The notes below the pieces were generated by a model. It saw nothing but the letters and a program-made list of their open reading frames with translations, did no database searches and was not told where the DNA came from. Below are positions 27,167-37,759 of a stretch of DNA of 64,000 nt, piece after piece. Made by a program: the position numbers and the translations under genes. Each line of letters starts with the position of its first letter. Positions within the stretch are counted from its first letter, which is position 1. The stretch comes from a virus (lineage: Duplodnaviria > Heunggongvirae > Uroviricota > Caudoviricetes): IMG/VR virus record IMGVR_UViG_2609460332_000008; one strand, 5' to 3'.

Positions 27167-27698
27167 GCTCGCTGATTTCCTGTGTTTCCGCCGGAACCGG
27201 TGAATAATCAAGAATGAGATAGCGCAGGACGTGGTCGGTGATATTCCAGCCACTGGAACCACAAATAAAGCGCCCCAGCCGGATATCGATATACGCCATC
27301 ACAAAACGGGGCATCCCCTGTTTGCACATCTCGTCATCCACTTCAGCAACGATGTAAACCGACTCGCAGGTCAGTACGCCTGTCGCAAATTCTTTTGCCA
27401 GTGCCGGAATTGCATTGCCTTCCAGCCAGGGCAAAGAGCGGCGGAACGCACACCATTGAGCATCATCAACAGCGGGGTGCTCCGTTGCGTTTCGTCTTAC
27501 AGGAGGCGTCGGACGAGGGCGCGGAACATCATAAAATCCGTTGCATTCTGTCAGCATTCCGGCATCAACCGCATCACGCAGGAAATACACCATTGACGAG
27601 GGAGGCATCTTCATTTTTTCAGCCAGAACGCCACAGGTCAGACGCCCGTAAGCCCGTAATAATGTGCTGACACCGTTCAGAACTTTTGCATCAACCAT
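27159..27698 (-). CDS. Hypothetical protein with helix-turn-helix-like N-terminus and Pro-rich linker
   Basis: AAGGA RBS; 179 aa; preceded by a 98-bp AT-rich gap after gam. Confidence 0.55.
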   Translation of the reverse strand: MVDAKVLNGVSTLLRAYGRLTCGVLAEKMKMPPSSMVYFLRDAVDAGMLTECNGFYDVPRPRPTPPVRRNATEHPAVDDAQWCAFRRSLPWLEGNAIPALAKEFATGVLTCESVYIVAEVDDEMCKQGMPRFVMAYIDIRLGRFICGSSGWNITDHVLRYLILDYSPVPAETQEISEHD

Positions 27699-27796
27699 TT
27701 TTTATTCCTTAGTAGTTTGTTTCAGGCGCGAGCAATCCCCTGACGCATCGCGCCATAATTAAAAGAAAGTGAATTAATTAAATATTCGTGGTGGTA

Positions 27797-28321
27797 TTAA
27801 ATACCGGCTTCCTGTTCAAACGGAATAATAGAAAAATCTTCAATGCCCGATTTAACTGTAATTCCGGCAACACCTGCGACCGCTTTCGGTTCCAGTAAAA
27901 TCGCTTCCTTGTTGATTTCCTGTTTCGTGCGAATAAAACGTTGCAGGCCAAGACGCTCCAGCGTTTCCATCACCGCATCCACACCGCGAATACTTACCGA
28001 TGGCGGGCGCTGACGCCATGACACATCGCCGGTTACCAGGTTTGCCGTCTTCACCTTGCCACCGTTCGTCAGTTCGTCGCGGTTCGCTTCACACCATCCC
28101 TGAACGCCTTTTGAAAGGGTTTCAATACTGGTTTTAAGTGGCGCAATCTGTGAGGCGTATTTCTCCGTAATATCAGCGATAGCGTCATTCATTTCCGTTT
28201 CAAGTCGTGCTGCTTCGCGTTGCAGGTCCCCAATCCGGCGGATATCACATACCACGGCATCGCGGGATTGCGGAACATAAGCCGCTGCGGCGTTCTTGAT
28301 TCGTTTTGCTGGTTTAGCCAT
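27797..28321 (-). CDS. gam: Gam, host-nuclease inhibitor (Ku-like DNA end binding)
   Basis: Near-identical to Mu Gam as recalled (MAKPAKRIK...VKTANLVTGDVSWR...FIRTKQEINKEAILLEPKAVAGVAGITVKSGIEDFSIIPFEQEAGI). Confidence 0.9.
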   Translation of the reverse strand: MAKPAKRIKNAAAAYVPQSRDAVVCDIRRIGDLQREAARLETEMNDAIADITEKYASQIAPLKTSIETLSKGVQGWCEANRDELTNGGKVKTANLVTGDVSWRQRPPSVSIRGVDAVMETLERLGLQRFIRTKQEINKEAILLEPKAVAGVAGITVKSGIEDFSIIPFEQEAGI

Positions 28322-28341
28322 ATAAATAAAGCTCCTGTTAA

Positions 28342-28632
28342 TTAATATTCACTGTATACAATGCTGGATACAGCACGATTGCTTAATTCCATCTTTTGGG
28401 CTATCACATGAATAGCTAGCCCTTCTTTATAAAGTTCACGACACAAATATTTGTCGTGCTCACTGATTCGGTAAACACACAACGATATTCCGTGCCTTCT
28501 GGCATGTGCCCGGAGAGCGGTTGTGGCAACTTTCAGTTTTTTCGCCATTTCTTCGACGGTCATTTTTCCGACATTGGCTTCGATAAATTCCCGGTCTTCG
28601 CGTGACCATCTTTTGCGAGGGATTATCATCAT
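28342..28632 (-). CDS. Small early protein with two HTH-like segments
   Basis: 96-aa ORF between B and gam. Confidence 0.5.
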   Translation of the reverse strand: MMIIPRKRWSREDREFIEANVGKMTVEEMAKKLKVATTALRAHARRHGISLCVYRISEHDKYLCRELYKEGLAIHVIAQKMELSNRAVSSIVYSEY

Positions 28633-28643
28633 GCCTCCTGCAA

Positions 28644-28913
28644 TTAATGTTTAGCTGCATCCGGGTTATACCGGAATAACTCGCCTTCGGCTTCCAGCCC
28701 AAGTTCTCTGGCTGACTTCAACAACTCCTGGGTTGCTTTTTCAATAATTTCAGGAGCCATGCTCTTGATAATGCCTGCCATCACGTCATGCGGTCCGATT
28801 TGCTCCTTAGGAGACTGTTCTTCCAGTTGCACACTCATTCCTACAAAGAAACCTCCTTTTTTCTGAAACTCAACATCTTCCATGCGGTTAAATTCAAAGA
28901 TTACTTTTTCCAT
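28644..28913 (-). CDS. Small early protein
   Basis: AAGGAG RBS before the internal ATG (MEKVIFEF...). Confidence 0.5.
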   Translation of the reverse strand: MEKVIFEFNRMEDVEFQKKGGFFVGMSVQLEEQSPKEQIGPHDVMAGIIKSMAPEIIEKATQELLKSARELGLEAEGELFRYNPDAAKH

Positions 28914-28954
28914 TTTGTTTCTCCTTTCAAATATCATTTGTCATATAGCAGGAT

Positions 28955-29236
28955 TTATTTACGTCTTACGCCTGCCTTACGTGGACGTGTAACCCTGAAT
29001 CTGACATCACGACAAAACTTAATTAATGCCTTTTGTGCCAGTCGCTGATTTGGCGCTTCCGGGATACCCGGAACCAGCAATTGCACCGGAGCTGTTCGGG
29101 AATGTCGCGCGAGTACTTCAATTGCATCTTTTACCGCTTTTTCTTCGCCGCTGATGACTGGTAAGGCACCATCAGGAACCTTATCGCCAAACTCAATCAG
29201 GCCACTGGCCCAGACATAAGCCGTAATTTTTTTCAT
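28955..29236 (-). CDS. Small early protein
   Basis: GGAG RBS; 93 aa. Confidence 0.5.
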   Translation of the reverse strand: MKKITAYVWASGLIEFGDKVPDGALPVISGEEKAVKDAIEVLARHSRTAPVQLLVPGIPEAPNQRLAQKALIKFCRDVRFRVTRPRKAGVRRK

Positions 29237-29239
29237 CTT

Positions 29240-29466
29240 TCATCTCCAGATAATCTGACAACCATTAAGGCGGGCCGTCCATACTGAACGGGCAACCCCT
29301 GATTTATGCTCCATAATTCTGATGGCGTTCCTGACCAGCTCCGGTGGCGGGCAGGTAATTTCAAGCACCGGGCGGGCTACGCCCAGCCAAGATTCGTTGA
29401 CGTGGCTGCCGCGCTCCTGTAACCAGGTCTTTACTTCCGTCGCCATTTTGATATTCCGTGACATCA
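29240..29466 (-). CDS. Small early protein following B
   Basis: AGGAGA RBS overlapping the B stop; tandem ATG ATG start. Confidence 0.5.
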
Positions 29467-29480
29467 TGATTTCGCTCTCC

Positions 29481-30419
29481 TTACGTGCGCAGCAGGGTTG
29501 AAATATCAACGTCCAGGTCTAATTCACGGAAAGCCTGACGCAGATAATCTTCATTAACACGTTCACCTTTGCCGTGGGCAGTCATGGCCGCAAGGCGCAG
29601 CGAGTGGTTCAGGATGCGAAGCGCACCTGGTTTTTGTGCAATCTGCTGTAATAATTCCCGCTCGTTTTCGCCGGTAATTTGCCAGGCATCCGCAATGGCT
29701 TTTACATCGTCAATTTTTGTTTTATTAATTGCCGTCCGCTTTGCAATACGGGAAAACAGGCGGGCAAATTCAACTGTTCTGTTACCACCGGTCATGTTTG
29801 AATAAACACGGTGATTCCCCATCAGAACAAGGCCAATACGGGCGGATTCCTGCAACAGGCGGAGTTCTTCCAGAACTTCAGCGCCAAGATGATCAGCTTC
29901 GTCGATAATGACCAGCCCCTGCGTACCTTCAAGGCGGCGTCGCAAAGCGCGGGAGAGCGGCCCTTTGCGGCGCGGTGCGTCATTCATTCCCAGTTCATAA
30001 GCCAGTTCAGTGAGACATTCCAGAACACTGGCGCAGGATGGGGTAATGGTGATCATCCAAACATTGTTATTGGTGCGACGAAATTCGCGGGCTGCTTCAG
30101 TTTTTCCCACACCTGGATTACCGCAGATAACAGAAATACTTTCAGTCAGACTGGCAAAACGCATACTCGTCCAGATTTGGCGTGCTGTTCTGGTTTCCAC
30201 AAAACGCGGTGGTTCTGGCAGCTCTGCGGCACGGTGATAGTTCTCCAGCCAGCGTTCCAGCGTCTGCGCAACACGTTCATTGTCGCCGTTGTACTTGTTA
30301 TTCACGAATGCGCTTAACGTTCCTGCGGCCACGCCGGACTCGCGGGCAATTTGTGCATAAGTGGCTTTTTCACTTTCTACAAGCGTGCGCAGTCCTGCGC
30401 GAATATCGGAAATATTCAT
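29481..30419 (-). CDS. B: MuB, ATP-dependent target-DNA activator
   Basis: 312 aa with Walker A GNPGVGKT; immediately after the transposase gene. Confidence 0.9.
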   Translation of the reverse strand: MNISDIRAGLRTLVESEKATYAQIARESGVAAGTLSAFVNNKYNGDNERVAQTLERWLENYHRAAELPEPPRFVETRTARQIWTSMRFASLTESISVICGNPGVGKTEAAREFRRTNNNVWMITITPSCASVLECLTELAYELGMNDAPRRKGPLSRALRRRLEGTQGLVIIDEADHLGAEVLEELRLLQESARIGLVLMGNHRVYSNMTGGNRTVEFARLFSRIAKRTAINKTKIDDVKAIADAWQITGENERELLQQIAQKPGALRILNHSLRLAAMTAHGKGERVNEDYLRQAFRELDLDVDISTLLRT

Positions 30420-30456
30420 CTGAATAACCTCGTAATTAAATTTGTTTAAACGTTAA

Positions 30457-32448
30457 TTAAATGGCTTTTTTACGTCTGTTCTGTTCCAGAATATCCAGTG
30501 AATGATTCAGATATTCATCACGATCAGTTTCATATTCATCATCGGGGTCCTGGTATTTCACCTGCACCGTGTTACCGGAAGGCCGGAAAATACCAACAAC
30601 CCTTGATTCTGGCGCTGCTGGTTCGGCTATCTGCGGCAGCAGTTCAGCAACTTCCAGCGCGTCCATTTGCTTCTGCGCCTTAATGGCTGCTTTAGTTGCA
30701 GATTTCAGTTGCTTCTGGCGGCGGCGATATTCACGGCCTGCCGCAGCATCATTAAACGCAACAGGTGCCAGACATTCCGCTTCACATATAAACCGACCCT
30801 CCAGGGTGTAGCAATAAACTGTGCTGTGTAGCTGCTGCGGATCAAACCTGACCACAACTTTTTTCACTCCGGCATTCATTAACGCCATGTTGTAATAAAC
30901 GTTTTTCGCGCCTTTAAGGGAGCCGCCAACTTTAAGCGTAAACTCGCCTTTGCGTGAAACGTTCACCGCTTCGGCAGGCAGTAACAGCATCCGTTTTTGT
31001 TCTTCGGTTGGCTTACGCACAATCGTTCTGACGTATTCACGCTCGAAAACATCATCAAACGAGAGTTTGCCCCCGCACATTTCTGTTTCACGGCCTGTTC
31101 TGGCATTGAACATCGCAACACCTTCAGCAAGGGTTTTCAGAAACAGCTCTGCATCAACAGCACGGTCGCCATAGTTATCAGGTTTTGCCTGCGGATTTGG
31201 CCCCGTATATGCGCCAGCCAGTGCCGGATGCTTATCAACGTATTCCTCAAGCCCACCAACACCGAAAGCACGTTCAACAGGTTTTGCCTGGCCCCAGCCT
31301 TTACCGGCAACAACGCTTGTCCAGTGCATTTTTGCGCCCATCAGTAAAAACAGCCCCTTTGGATCGTCCTCTTTTACCTTAAAGCGGTAACGATTGGGCG
31401 CGCCCCCCGTCAGCCATTTATTCGCTGCACCACGGGTGTTATCAATGGTGATGTGAAAATCCTCCGGGATACCGTAGCGAGTCACAACATCCATGAACGA
31501 GAGGCGAATTGAATCAATGTTCTCGCTCACATCGCAGCGCCAGCCCAGGATTTTTCGGGTTTTCACATCCTGCCAGAACCATGTTTTCGGGCGGATCACA
31601 TCACCGTTAAACCAGCGTACAAAGACGTTATGCAGATAACCGTCGCCGTTGATCCACTGCATGGCGTCCAGGTGTTCCACAGTTCGCTGCTGTGCAGGTA
31701 TCAGATGCATCAGTGCATGTTCACCTTCACGGCAGGCAACAACCATTGCCTCGTCCAGTTGCTGAATCCGGCGAAAGGCCGTGGCACGGGAGGGAATATT
31801 CCAGCCATGCTCACGTGCTGCCAGTTCCAGACGCTCATAACATTTGCGAAAGGCGGGTTTTTCCGGTCGCAGATAATCTGCAATCAGAAACTGCCAGGCA
31901 TCCTCGTCAAATTCACTTTTGTGAACGTTGCGACGGGATGCACCACGTCCATCAACAAGCGCAGCCGCCCAGTCAGGCTTCGCAAACTTCTGTACCTGGT
32001 AATATTTGTCTCGCAAAGTGGATGCGCTGACCTGGTAATGTCCTGCAACGGTCGCAAATGCCGTTTTCGTTGAAATCCCCTGGTTCAGCATTTCGTCTGC
32101 AGCCTGAACCGCAGGCAACCATTTTTCAGCAAGTTTGCGCTGGGAATCGCTGGCGTTATCCCATTTGCTCCACAGTGCCTCACGATCATAATCATGGGCT
32201 TCCAGCGTGGGGCGGGCGATTTCAAAACGGCCCTGGCTTGTTTCAATCTCTCCTTGTCTAAGCAATAACGCCGCTTTCGCTTCAACAGGTAAAGAGTTAG
32301 CATTGTATTCAATTGCTTTACCTCCTTTGACACCTGCTCTAGTGCGGTTTTGCCATCCTTGCTTCTTAGCGACATAAATCACACCAGCTGATGTTTTCGG
32401 CAAGCCAGGAAGATTTGCACACTCTTTCGGTGACACCCAAAGTTCCAT
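30457..32448 (-). CDS. A: MuA DDE transposase
   Basis: 663 aa from the ATG at 32448 (AGGTGA RBS), the length I recall for MuA; follows ner. Confidence 0.9.
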   Translation of the reverse strand: MELWVSPKECANLPGLPKTSAGVIYVAKKQGWQNRTRAGVKGGKAIEYNANSLPVEAKAALLLRQGEIETSQGRFEIARPTLEAHDYDREALWSKWDNASDSQRKLAEKWLPAVQAADEMLNQGISTKTAFATVAGHYQVSASTLRDKYYQVQKFAKPDWAAALVDGRGASRRNVHKSEFDEDAWQFLIADYLRPEKPAFRKCYERLELAAREHGWNIPSRATAFRRIQQLDEAMVVACREGEHALMHLIPAQQRTVEHLDAMQWINGDGYLHNVFVRWFNGDVIRPKTWFWQDVKTRKILGWRCDVSENIDSIRLSFMDVVTRYGIPEDFHITIDNTRGAANKWLTGGAPNRYRFKVKEDDPKGLFLLMGAKMHWTSVVAGKGWGQAKPVERAFGVGGLEEYVDKHPALAGAYTGPNPQAKPDNYGDRAVDAELFLKTLAEGVAMFNARTGRETEMCGGKLSFDDVFEREYVRTIVRKPTEEQKRMLLLPAEAVNVSRKGEFTLKVGGSLKGAKNVYYNMALMNAGVKKVVVRFDPQQLHSTVYCYTLEGRFICEAECLAPVAFNDAAAGREYRRRQKQLKSATKAAIKAQKQMDALEVAELLPQIAEPAAPESRVVGIFRPSGNTVQVKYQDPDDEYETDRDEYLNHSLDILEQNRRKKAI

Positions 32449-32449
32449 A

Positions 32450-32677
32450 TTATTCACCTGCTTGATATCGGCTAGGCCAGATGACTTCCGGTTTAGTTTC
32501 AAGGGCGTTAGCAATAATCTGTTCGCCCTTTGGCCAGTGCCGTTCTAGCGCATTAGCTAATGTTGTTGGCGCATAACCAAACTGCCGAGAAAGAGCTGAT
32601 AAAGAGAGCTTTCTTTTCTTAAGTCCCGCAATCACATCAGCACGATGCCAATCACGGACCTTTTCGTTGGAACACAT
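32450..32677 (-). CDS. ner: Ner, DNA-binding negative regulator of early transcription
   Basis: 75 aa with the Ner HTH region; directly upstream of A. Confidence 0.85.
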   Translation of the reverse strand: MCSNEKVRDWHRADVIAGLKKRKLSLSALSRQFGYAPTTLANALERHWPKGEQIIANALETKPEVIWPSRYQAGE

Positions 32678-32845
32678 TTAAAAACCCTCCTAAGTTTTGT
32701 AATCTATAAAGTTAGCAATTTAACTAAGTGCAAAAACTTAGTTTACTTGCCAAAAAGATAAATACTGAAAAGTCTTTTGTAAAGTGACTTTTTAGTATTG
32801 TTGATCATGTTTTGTGTATTATGTTGAAAAATAAGGGTTTAAATT
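32678..32845. promoter_or_regulatory. Operator/early promoter region between ner and c
   Basis: 168-bp AT-rich divergent intergenic region with repeated CTGAAAAGT-like motifs. Confidence 0.65.
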
Positions 32846-33436
32846 TTGAAAAGTAACTTTATAGAATCTGGTGATACTGAAAAGTCAATCTGGTGTACGC
32901 CGCAAGAAATTATGGCTGCTGATGGTATGCCTGGATCTGTTGCAGGTGTTCACTATCGGGCAAATGTTCAAGGCTGGACAAAGCGAAAAAAGGAAGGTGT
33001 GAAGGGGGGTAAAGCAGTTGAATACGATGTGATGTCTATGCCCACCAAAGAACGAGAGCAAGTTATTGCACACCTAGGTCTGTCTATTCCTGGCACTGCT
33101 GCTCAAGCTAATGAGCAGCAGGATTCTTCGGAGCTGATAAACAAATTAACCACAACCTTAATCAATATGATTGAAGAACTGGAACCAGATGAAGCACGTA
33201 AGGCACTGAAACTATTAAGCAAAGGTGGGCTACTGGCGTTAATGCCACTTGTATTTAATGAACAGAAACTTTACAGCTTTATAGGATTTTCACAGCAAAG
33301 TATCCAGACGTTGATGATGCTAGATGCATTACCTGAAGAAAAACGCAAAGAGATTTTGTCAAAGTATGGGATTAATGAACAGGAGAGTCTTGTAGCTCCT
33401 TTGCAGGATCCACAAGATGTAAAAAAAGCCGTATAA
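32846..33436 (+). CDS. c: Mu-type repressor c
   Basis: 196 aa, divergent from ner/A/B as in Mu. Confidence 0.85.
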   Translation: MKSNFIESGDTEKSIWCTPQEIMAADGMPGSVAGVHYRANVQGWTKRKKEGVKGGKAVEYDVMSMPTKEREQVIAHLGLSIPGTAAQANEQQDSSELINKLTTTLINMIEELEPDEARKALKLLSKGGLLALMPLVFNEQKLYSFIGFSQQSIQTLMMLDALPEEKRKEILSKYGINEQESLVAPLQDPQDVKKAV

Positions 33437-33599
33437 CAACCAGGAATCTAGCTAAAACACGCACTTTCCCTCAAGTAACCTAGAGGGTAAGATACTGAAA
33501 CAACAAAACCTGTTTTTGATATACGTCATTCGCCAGAAGCCTGGTTGTTATCGGGTTTGAAGCGTTTTTGAAGCTGCAATTGAAATAATGCGTGAAGCA

Positions 33600-33776
33600 A
33601 TTGCTTTTCGTATGTTTAATGAAACAAAAGCCATTTCTAACAATCTTTCGCGTTTCAATGCTTAACGGCTAAAATTTGCTCTACAGGCTTGCAAGCCCCA
33701 CCAAATCTAATCCCGTCAAATCCCGAATAATCCAATATCCTCCCGGTTTTTTTCGTACTTCTCGTGAATCAATACA
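33600..33776. promoter_or_regulatory. Mu left end (attL) with L1-type transposase-binding sequence
   Basis: Reverse complement reads TGTATTGATTCACGAGAAGTACGAAAAAAACCGGGAGGATATTGGATTATTCGGGATTTGACGGG..., ~93% identical to the Mu left end as recalled. Confidence 0.8.
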
Positions 33777-33781
33777 CCAGC
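33777..33781. repeat. 5-bp target-site duplication CCAGC, copy at the Mu left end
   Basis: Identical to 202..206. Confidence 0.85.
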
Positions 33782-35323
33782 CAAAATAATGCATTGGCTG
33801 ATGGAAAACAGAGAAATATGGTAACTGTAAGCCTTGCGGACCGTTTCGGCAATGTTGTTCCTGGTTATGCTGTCACATTGTCTTTACCAGCAGGGATAAC
33901 TCAAGTTGGTGGTGAACATGCTGTTTCAACTGACGAAAATGGTAATGCTATTTTTGCGTTAATAAGCTCCACTCCGGGGTCTTACGTGATTACAGCTCAT
34001 GCTGGTTCTCAGATGTCTACTGAGTTAACAGTGACCTTTGCATCAAATATGACCGGAGCTTCACTGTCACTGACGCCTGAAAGCAGTAGTTTAATTTCCA
34101 ATATTCCTGCTAATGGTAAGGATGCAGCGGTATTAGATGTGCAGCTGACAAATACGAATGCGTCGGTCAATGGGCAAAAGATTCAGCTCATCACCTCATC
34201 TGAAGGATTATCTGTACCAACAAATATCGTGACTGATTCAACAGGGCATGTTTCTGTTCCGCTTACAACGGTGAAAGCTGGTGAGTACACGGTGACTGCA
34301 CGGGTGACTGACGGTTCCCATAGCGTGGAATCTGGCAGCGTTAAGTTAACTTTTGTGCCCGATGTTGCTTCTGCAGAACTGAATATGAGTGTATCAAAAC
34401 AGGAGATTGTGGCCGATGGCAGTGAAAACGCAACAGTAAACATTCAGTTGGTTGATGCGAATAACAATGCGTTTACAGGCGAGGTGGATTTAACGATTAC
34501 ACCATCGACGGGAGCATCATTGACCAGTAGTAATCTGCAACTGGATGCTCATGGACAGGCAACAACGCAGTTCACTGCATCGAAATCAGGCCAGTACACA
34601 ATTCAGGCCGAGTATGTTCTGGATGGGAAACGCATAACCGCAAGCCAGAATATTGATGCCGTGACGGATGTGAAGGGGGCTGTGTTGGAGATCACATCAT
34701 CTGCATCTTCGGCTGTAGTGAGCGATACCAACAATCTGGTATTTACGTTACTGTTGAAAAGTAAGTCAGGCGAAGCATTAAGTGGTCGAGCATTGAATGT
34801 TAAGACATCTGGGCCGTCTAAATATGGTGCGTTGGTGGTTGATAAAACCACAGTAACGACTGATGAGAACGGTCAGGCTACGGTAAGCGTACATGGTCGA
34901 ACGGTTGGTTCGTATAAATTAACGGCGACCTTAAACGAACTTGGCAGTGATGTTAGCGCGGTGAAATCATTCTCCCTGTACGCTGATGACGCAAATGGAG
35001 TATTGACTCTAACAAAAGATCCTGGTTATGAGACAAACGATGGATCTCCAGTAGGTATTTATGCTCGATTTGTCGATCATTTTGGAAACCCATTATCTGG
35101 TACGGTTGAGTTTTCTGCTGGTAGTGAAGATAGTCCAGACTCTCAACGGGTCAAAATGGAGCCTGCTACAGTAACGTTACACTGGACAGGTAATGCAGCT
35201 TCGGAATTCAGCACCTATGAAAGTGGTTATCACTGGATTAAGGCCAAAATAACGAATAGCAAAAATACATATGAGAAAACAATAAGGACTTATGTTGTAA
35301 AACTACCTGAAAAGGATAGTTAA
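33777..35323 (+). pseudogene. Host Ig-like-repeat adhesin gene, downstream segment after the Mu-like insertion
   Basis: Repeated ~90-aa beta-rich segments typical of bacterial Ig-like domains; in frame with 1..206 across the insertion. Confidence 0.7.
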
Positions 35324-35333
35324 CAAAATTGAA

Positions 35334-35360
35334 TGGGGAGGGCTTAGCCCTCCCTCTTTT
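35334..35360. terminator. Bidirectional rho-independent terminator between convergent adhesin and esterase genes
   Basis: GGGAGGGC-tta-GCCCTCCC followed by TCTTTTT on the plus strand and a T-rich run on the minus strand. Confidence 0.7.
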
Positions 35361-36403
35361 TACAGGTTAGCGTTTGGGTTTTGTTGTTGGGGAGCTGTTT
35401 TTATAGGCGCTCCCAGGTTTTTAGTAAACCACTCAACGACTCTGTTTATAATAATTGGCTGATACCATGTCTTATCGCCATGCTCGGCCCCTTCTACCAG
35501 CACGTACTCAGCGTTATCACCGTTCTTCTTCAACATCCTGAATAGTTTGGCGCTTTGCTCAGGTGAAACCAGAGTGTCTTTGCTACCATGCATAATAAGA
35601 AATGGGGGTTTTACTCCTTTCATATGTCCGATTGGACTGGCGTTTAGCGCTTTTTCTTTTGACGCTGTGATGGGGGCTCCCGCAAAATTTCTGAATGCAG
35701 GGCCATTGATCATTAAGGCTTCGGTTACGGCAGGAGAGCGATGAACCTCCTGCACTGATTCAGGGAACCCCTCGCCAATATTCAACAAGTCAGAAATCCC
35801 ATAAAGTGTGGCAACTGCCTGAACATCTGAGGATTGCTGAAGAAAGTCACCTTTATCAAAGGTTTTGTCACCATTTGTAGTTCCCATCATCTGGGCAAGC
35901 CATCCACCGGCAGAGTCACCCAGAACTCCGATTCTTTGAGGATCAATCCCATAATTGCTGGCATGCTCTCTCAGGTAACGTATTGCAGCTTTTCCATCCT
36001 CAACTGGTGCTGGAAATGTATCAGGAATTGTTCTGTATTCTACAGCGGCCACAACAAAACCAGCTTCTGCCAGAGCCATTCTCATTTCAATAAATTTGTC
36101 ATGTTCAGAAGACATGAATCCGCCGCCGGGATAATAAATAATGGCTGGTTTTAAATCATTTGTTCGCGGGACAAGAACTGACATGTGAAGCTGTCTGACA
36201 GAACGAGTTCCTTTTATCTGGGAATAAACAACATCACCAATGAGATCGACCTGGTTTCTGGTCGGTGAAACACTAATGATATCTGCACCCGGGGTGTAAC
36301 CAGGAAGATTAGTCTGGACAGGTGTTGCACAACTCCCGACCGACATGGCCATTGACATACCATACAATAGTGTTGCAGATGATAATATCTTGTTAATTTT
36401 CAT
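35360..36403 (-). CDS. Alpha/beta-hydrolase fold esterase/lipase, probable lipoprotein
   Basis: Signal peptide with lipobox ...MSVGSC; oxyanion-hole-like YYPGGGF and nucleophile-elbow GDSAGG motifs. Confidence 0.75.
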   Translation of the reverse strand: MKINKILSSATLLYGMSMAMSVGSCATPVQTNLPGYTPGADIISVSPTRNQVDLIGDVVYSQIKGTRSVRQLHMSVLVPRTNDLKPAIIYYPGGGFMSSEHDKFIEMRMALAEAGFVVAAVEYRTIPDTFPAPVEDGKAAIRYLREHASNYGIDPQRIGVLGDSAGGWLAQMMGTTNGDKTFDKGDFLQQSSDVQAVATLYGISDLLNIGEGFPESVQEVHRSPAVTEALMINGPAFRNFAGAPITASKEKALNASPIGHMKGVKPPFLIMHGSKDTLVSPEQSAKLFRMLKKNGDNAEYVLVEGAEHGDKTWYQPIIINRVVEWFTKNLGAPIKTAPQQQNPNANL

Positions 36404-36850
36404 GTTTTACATGCCTTGACTTATCGGATGAAATTCTCTTACTAAATTTAACGGCAGTTTAATAGCCGTACAACTCGTGGTAGCCAGGGAAATATCCCAG
36501 TCGTGGTTAAGGTTGTACTTGACGGCTATTATTTCAACAATGCTTAAAGTGAGAGCTTAAGGTTATGCGTATGTTTTACAGTCCGAGTAGATTCTGACCA
36601 ATAGCTTCTTTGTATAATTCTGTCAGAAATAAATCTTGGCTTGCATGAAGTTTGAGACCTTATCTTGTTTGATTATGAATAATCAATTCGCCATAATTGT
36701 ATCACCGGAGCCTGAACAACTCCGGTGACTTCTGCGCTAAACGGGGACGTTTATGCGCACACACAATCCAAACTCTCTTCTCCCTTCACAGATGCAGAAA
36801 TGCACCTGCGTTTTTTTGCATCTAGCGTCTGACCTCTGTGGAGGTGAAGC

Positions 36851-37306
36851 GTGAACCTACCACAAGATGGCATCAAACTGCATCGCGGTAACTTCATCGC
36901 TATCGGCCAGCAGATCCAGCCTTATCTGGAGAACGGAAAATGCTTTCGCATGGTGCTTAAACCGTGGCGTGAGAAACGCAGTCTTTCCCAGAATGCACTC
37001 AGCCACATGTGGTACAGCGAAATCAGTGAATACCTCATCAGCAGGGGGAAATCGTTCGCTACCGCAGCATGGGTAAAAGATGCTCTCAAACACACATACC
37101 TCGGTTATGAAACCAAGGACCTGGTTGATGTCGTAACCGGCGAAATCACTACTATCCAGTCGTTACGCCATACCTCCGATCTCGATACCGGAGAGATGTA
37201 TGTCTTCCTGTGTAAGGTTGAAGCCTGGGCGGTGAATATTGGCTGCCACCTGACTATTCCGCAGAGCTGCGAGTTCCAGCTGCTGCGCGACAAGCAGGAG
37301 GCGTAA
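36851..37306 (+). CDS. ninB: NinB/Orf-family recombination protein
   Basis: ...[26 protein letters not shown]... matches the NinB family (DLP12 ybcN-like); GTG start with GGAGGTGA RBS. Confidence 0.8.
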   Translation: MNLPQDGIKLHRGNFIAIGQQIQPYLENGKCFRMVLKPWREKRSLSQNALSHMWYSEISEYLISRGKSFATAAWVKDALKHTYLGYETKDLVDVVTGEITTIQSLRHTSDLDTGEMYVFLCKVEAWAVNIGCHLTIPQSCEFQLLRDKQEA

Positions 37307-37476
37307 TGGCTACACCGCTTATTCGTGTCATGAACGGACACATCTACAGAGTACCAAATCGTCGTAAGCGTAAGCCTGAGCTGAAACCATCCGAAATACC
37401 AACACTGCTCGGATATACCGCCAGCCTGGTTGATAAAAAATGGTTGCGACTGGCAGCAAGGAGGAATCATGGCTGA
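37306..37476 (+). CDS. ninE: NinE-like small protein (56 aa; missed by the 60-aa ORF cut-off)
   Basis: ATG overlaps the ninB stop (TAATG); translation [27 protein letters not shown]... Confidence 0.7.
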   Translation: MATPLIRVMNGHIYRVPNRRKRKPELKPSEIPTLLGYTASLVDKKWLRLAARRNHG

Positions 37477-37759
37477 CTTGAGAAAAGCAGCGCGTGGTCG
37501 GGAATGCCAGGTAAGAATCCCTGGCGTATGTAATGGCAATCCTGAAACGTCAGTACTGGCACATATCCGGCTGGCTGGATTGTGCGGTACCGGTATCAAA
37601 CCGCCAGACCTGATTGCCACCATTGCATGTTCTGCCTGCCACGACGAAATCGACCGTCGCACGCATTTTGTTGACGCTGGATATGCAAAAGAATGTGCGC
37701 TGGAAGGTATGGCGAGAACACAGGTTATCTGGCTGAAAGAGGGGGTAATTAAGGCGTGA
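37469..37759 (+). CDS. ybcO-like lambdoid nin-region protein
   Basis: [34 protein letters not shown]...; AGGAGG RBS. Confidence 0.7.
   Translation: MADLRKAARGRECQVRIPGVCNGNPETSVLAHIRLAGLCGTGIKPPDLIATIACSACHDEIDRRTHFVDAGYAKECALEGMARTQVIWLKEGVIKA

Larger units (their letters stand above)
207..33776 (-). mobile_element. Mu-like transposable prophage, complete, inverted relative to the canonical Mu map
   Basis: Mu-type ends (5'-TG...CA-3') with attR-like and attL-like sequences, 5-bp TSD, and Mu gene order c/ner/A/B/gam/gemA/mor/lysis/terminase/portal/head/tail/baseplate/fibre/com/mom on the minus strand. Confidence 0.9.

Noticed and set aside
207-33776. Considered that the transposable prophage is phage Mu itself (for example a laboratory Mu insertion)
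   Set aside because: The terminal sequences differ from Mu at several positions as far as I recall them, the endolysin is of a different family, the G segment and gin are missing, and extra early genes are present; it is a Mu relative.
36404-36850. Looked for a tRNA or tmRNA gene at the prophage boundary as an integration target
   Set aside because: No cloverleaf-compatible sequence with the conserved T-loop motif was recognisable by eye; the inverted repeats look more like a regulatory or sRNA structure. A tRNA-scanning program would be needed to be definitive.
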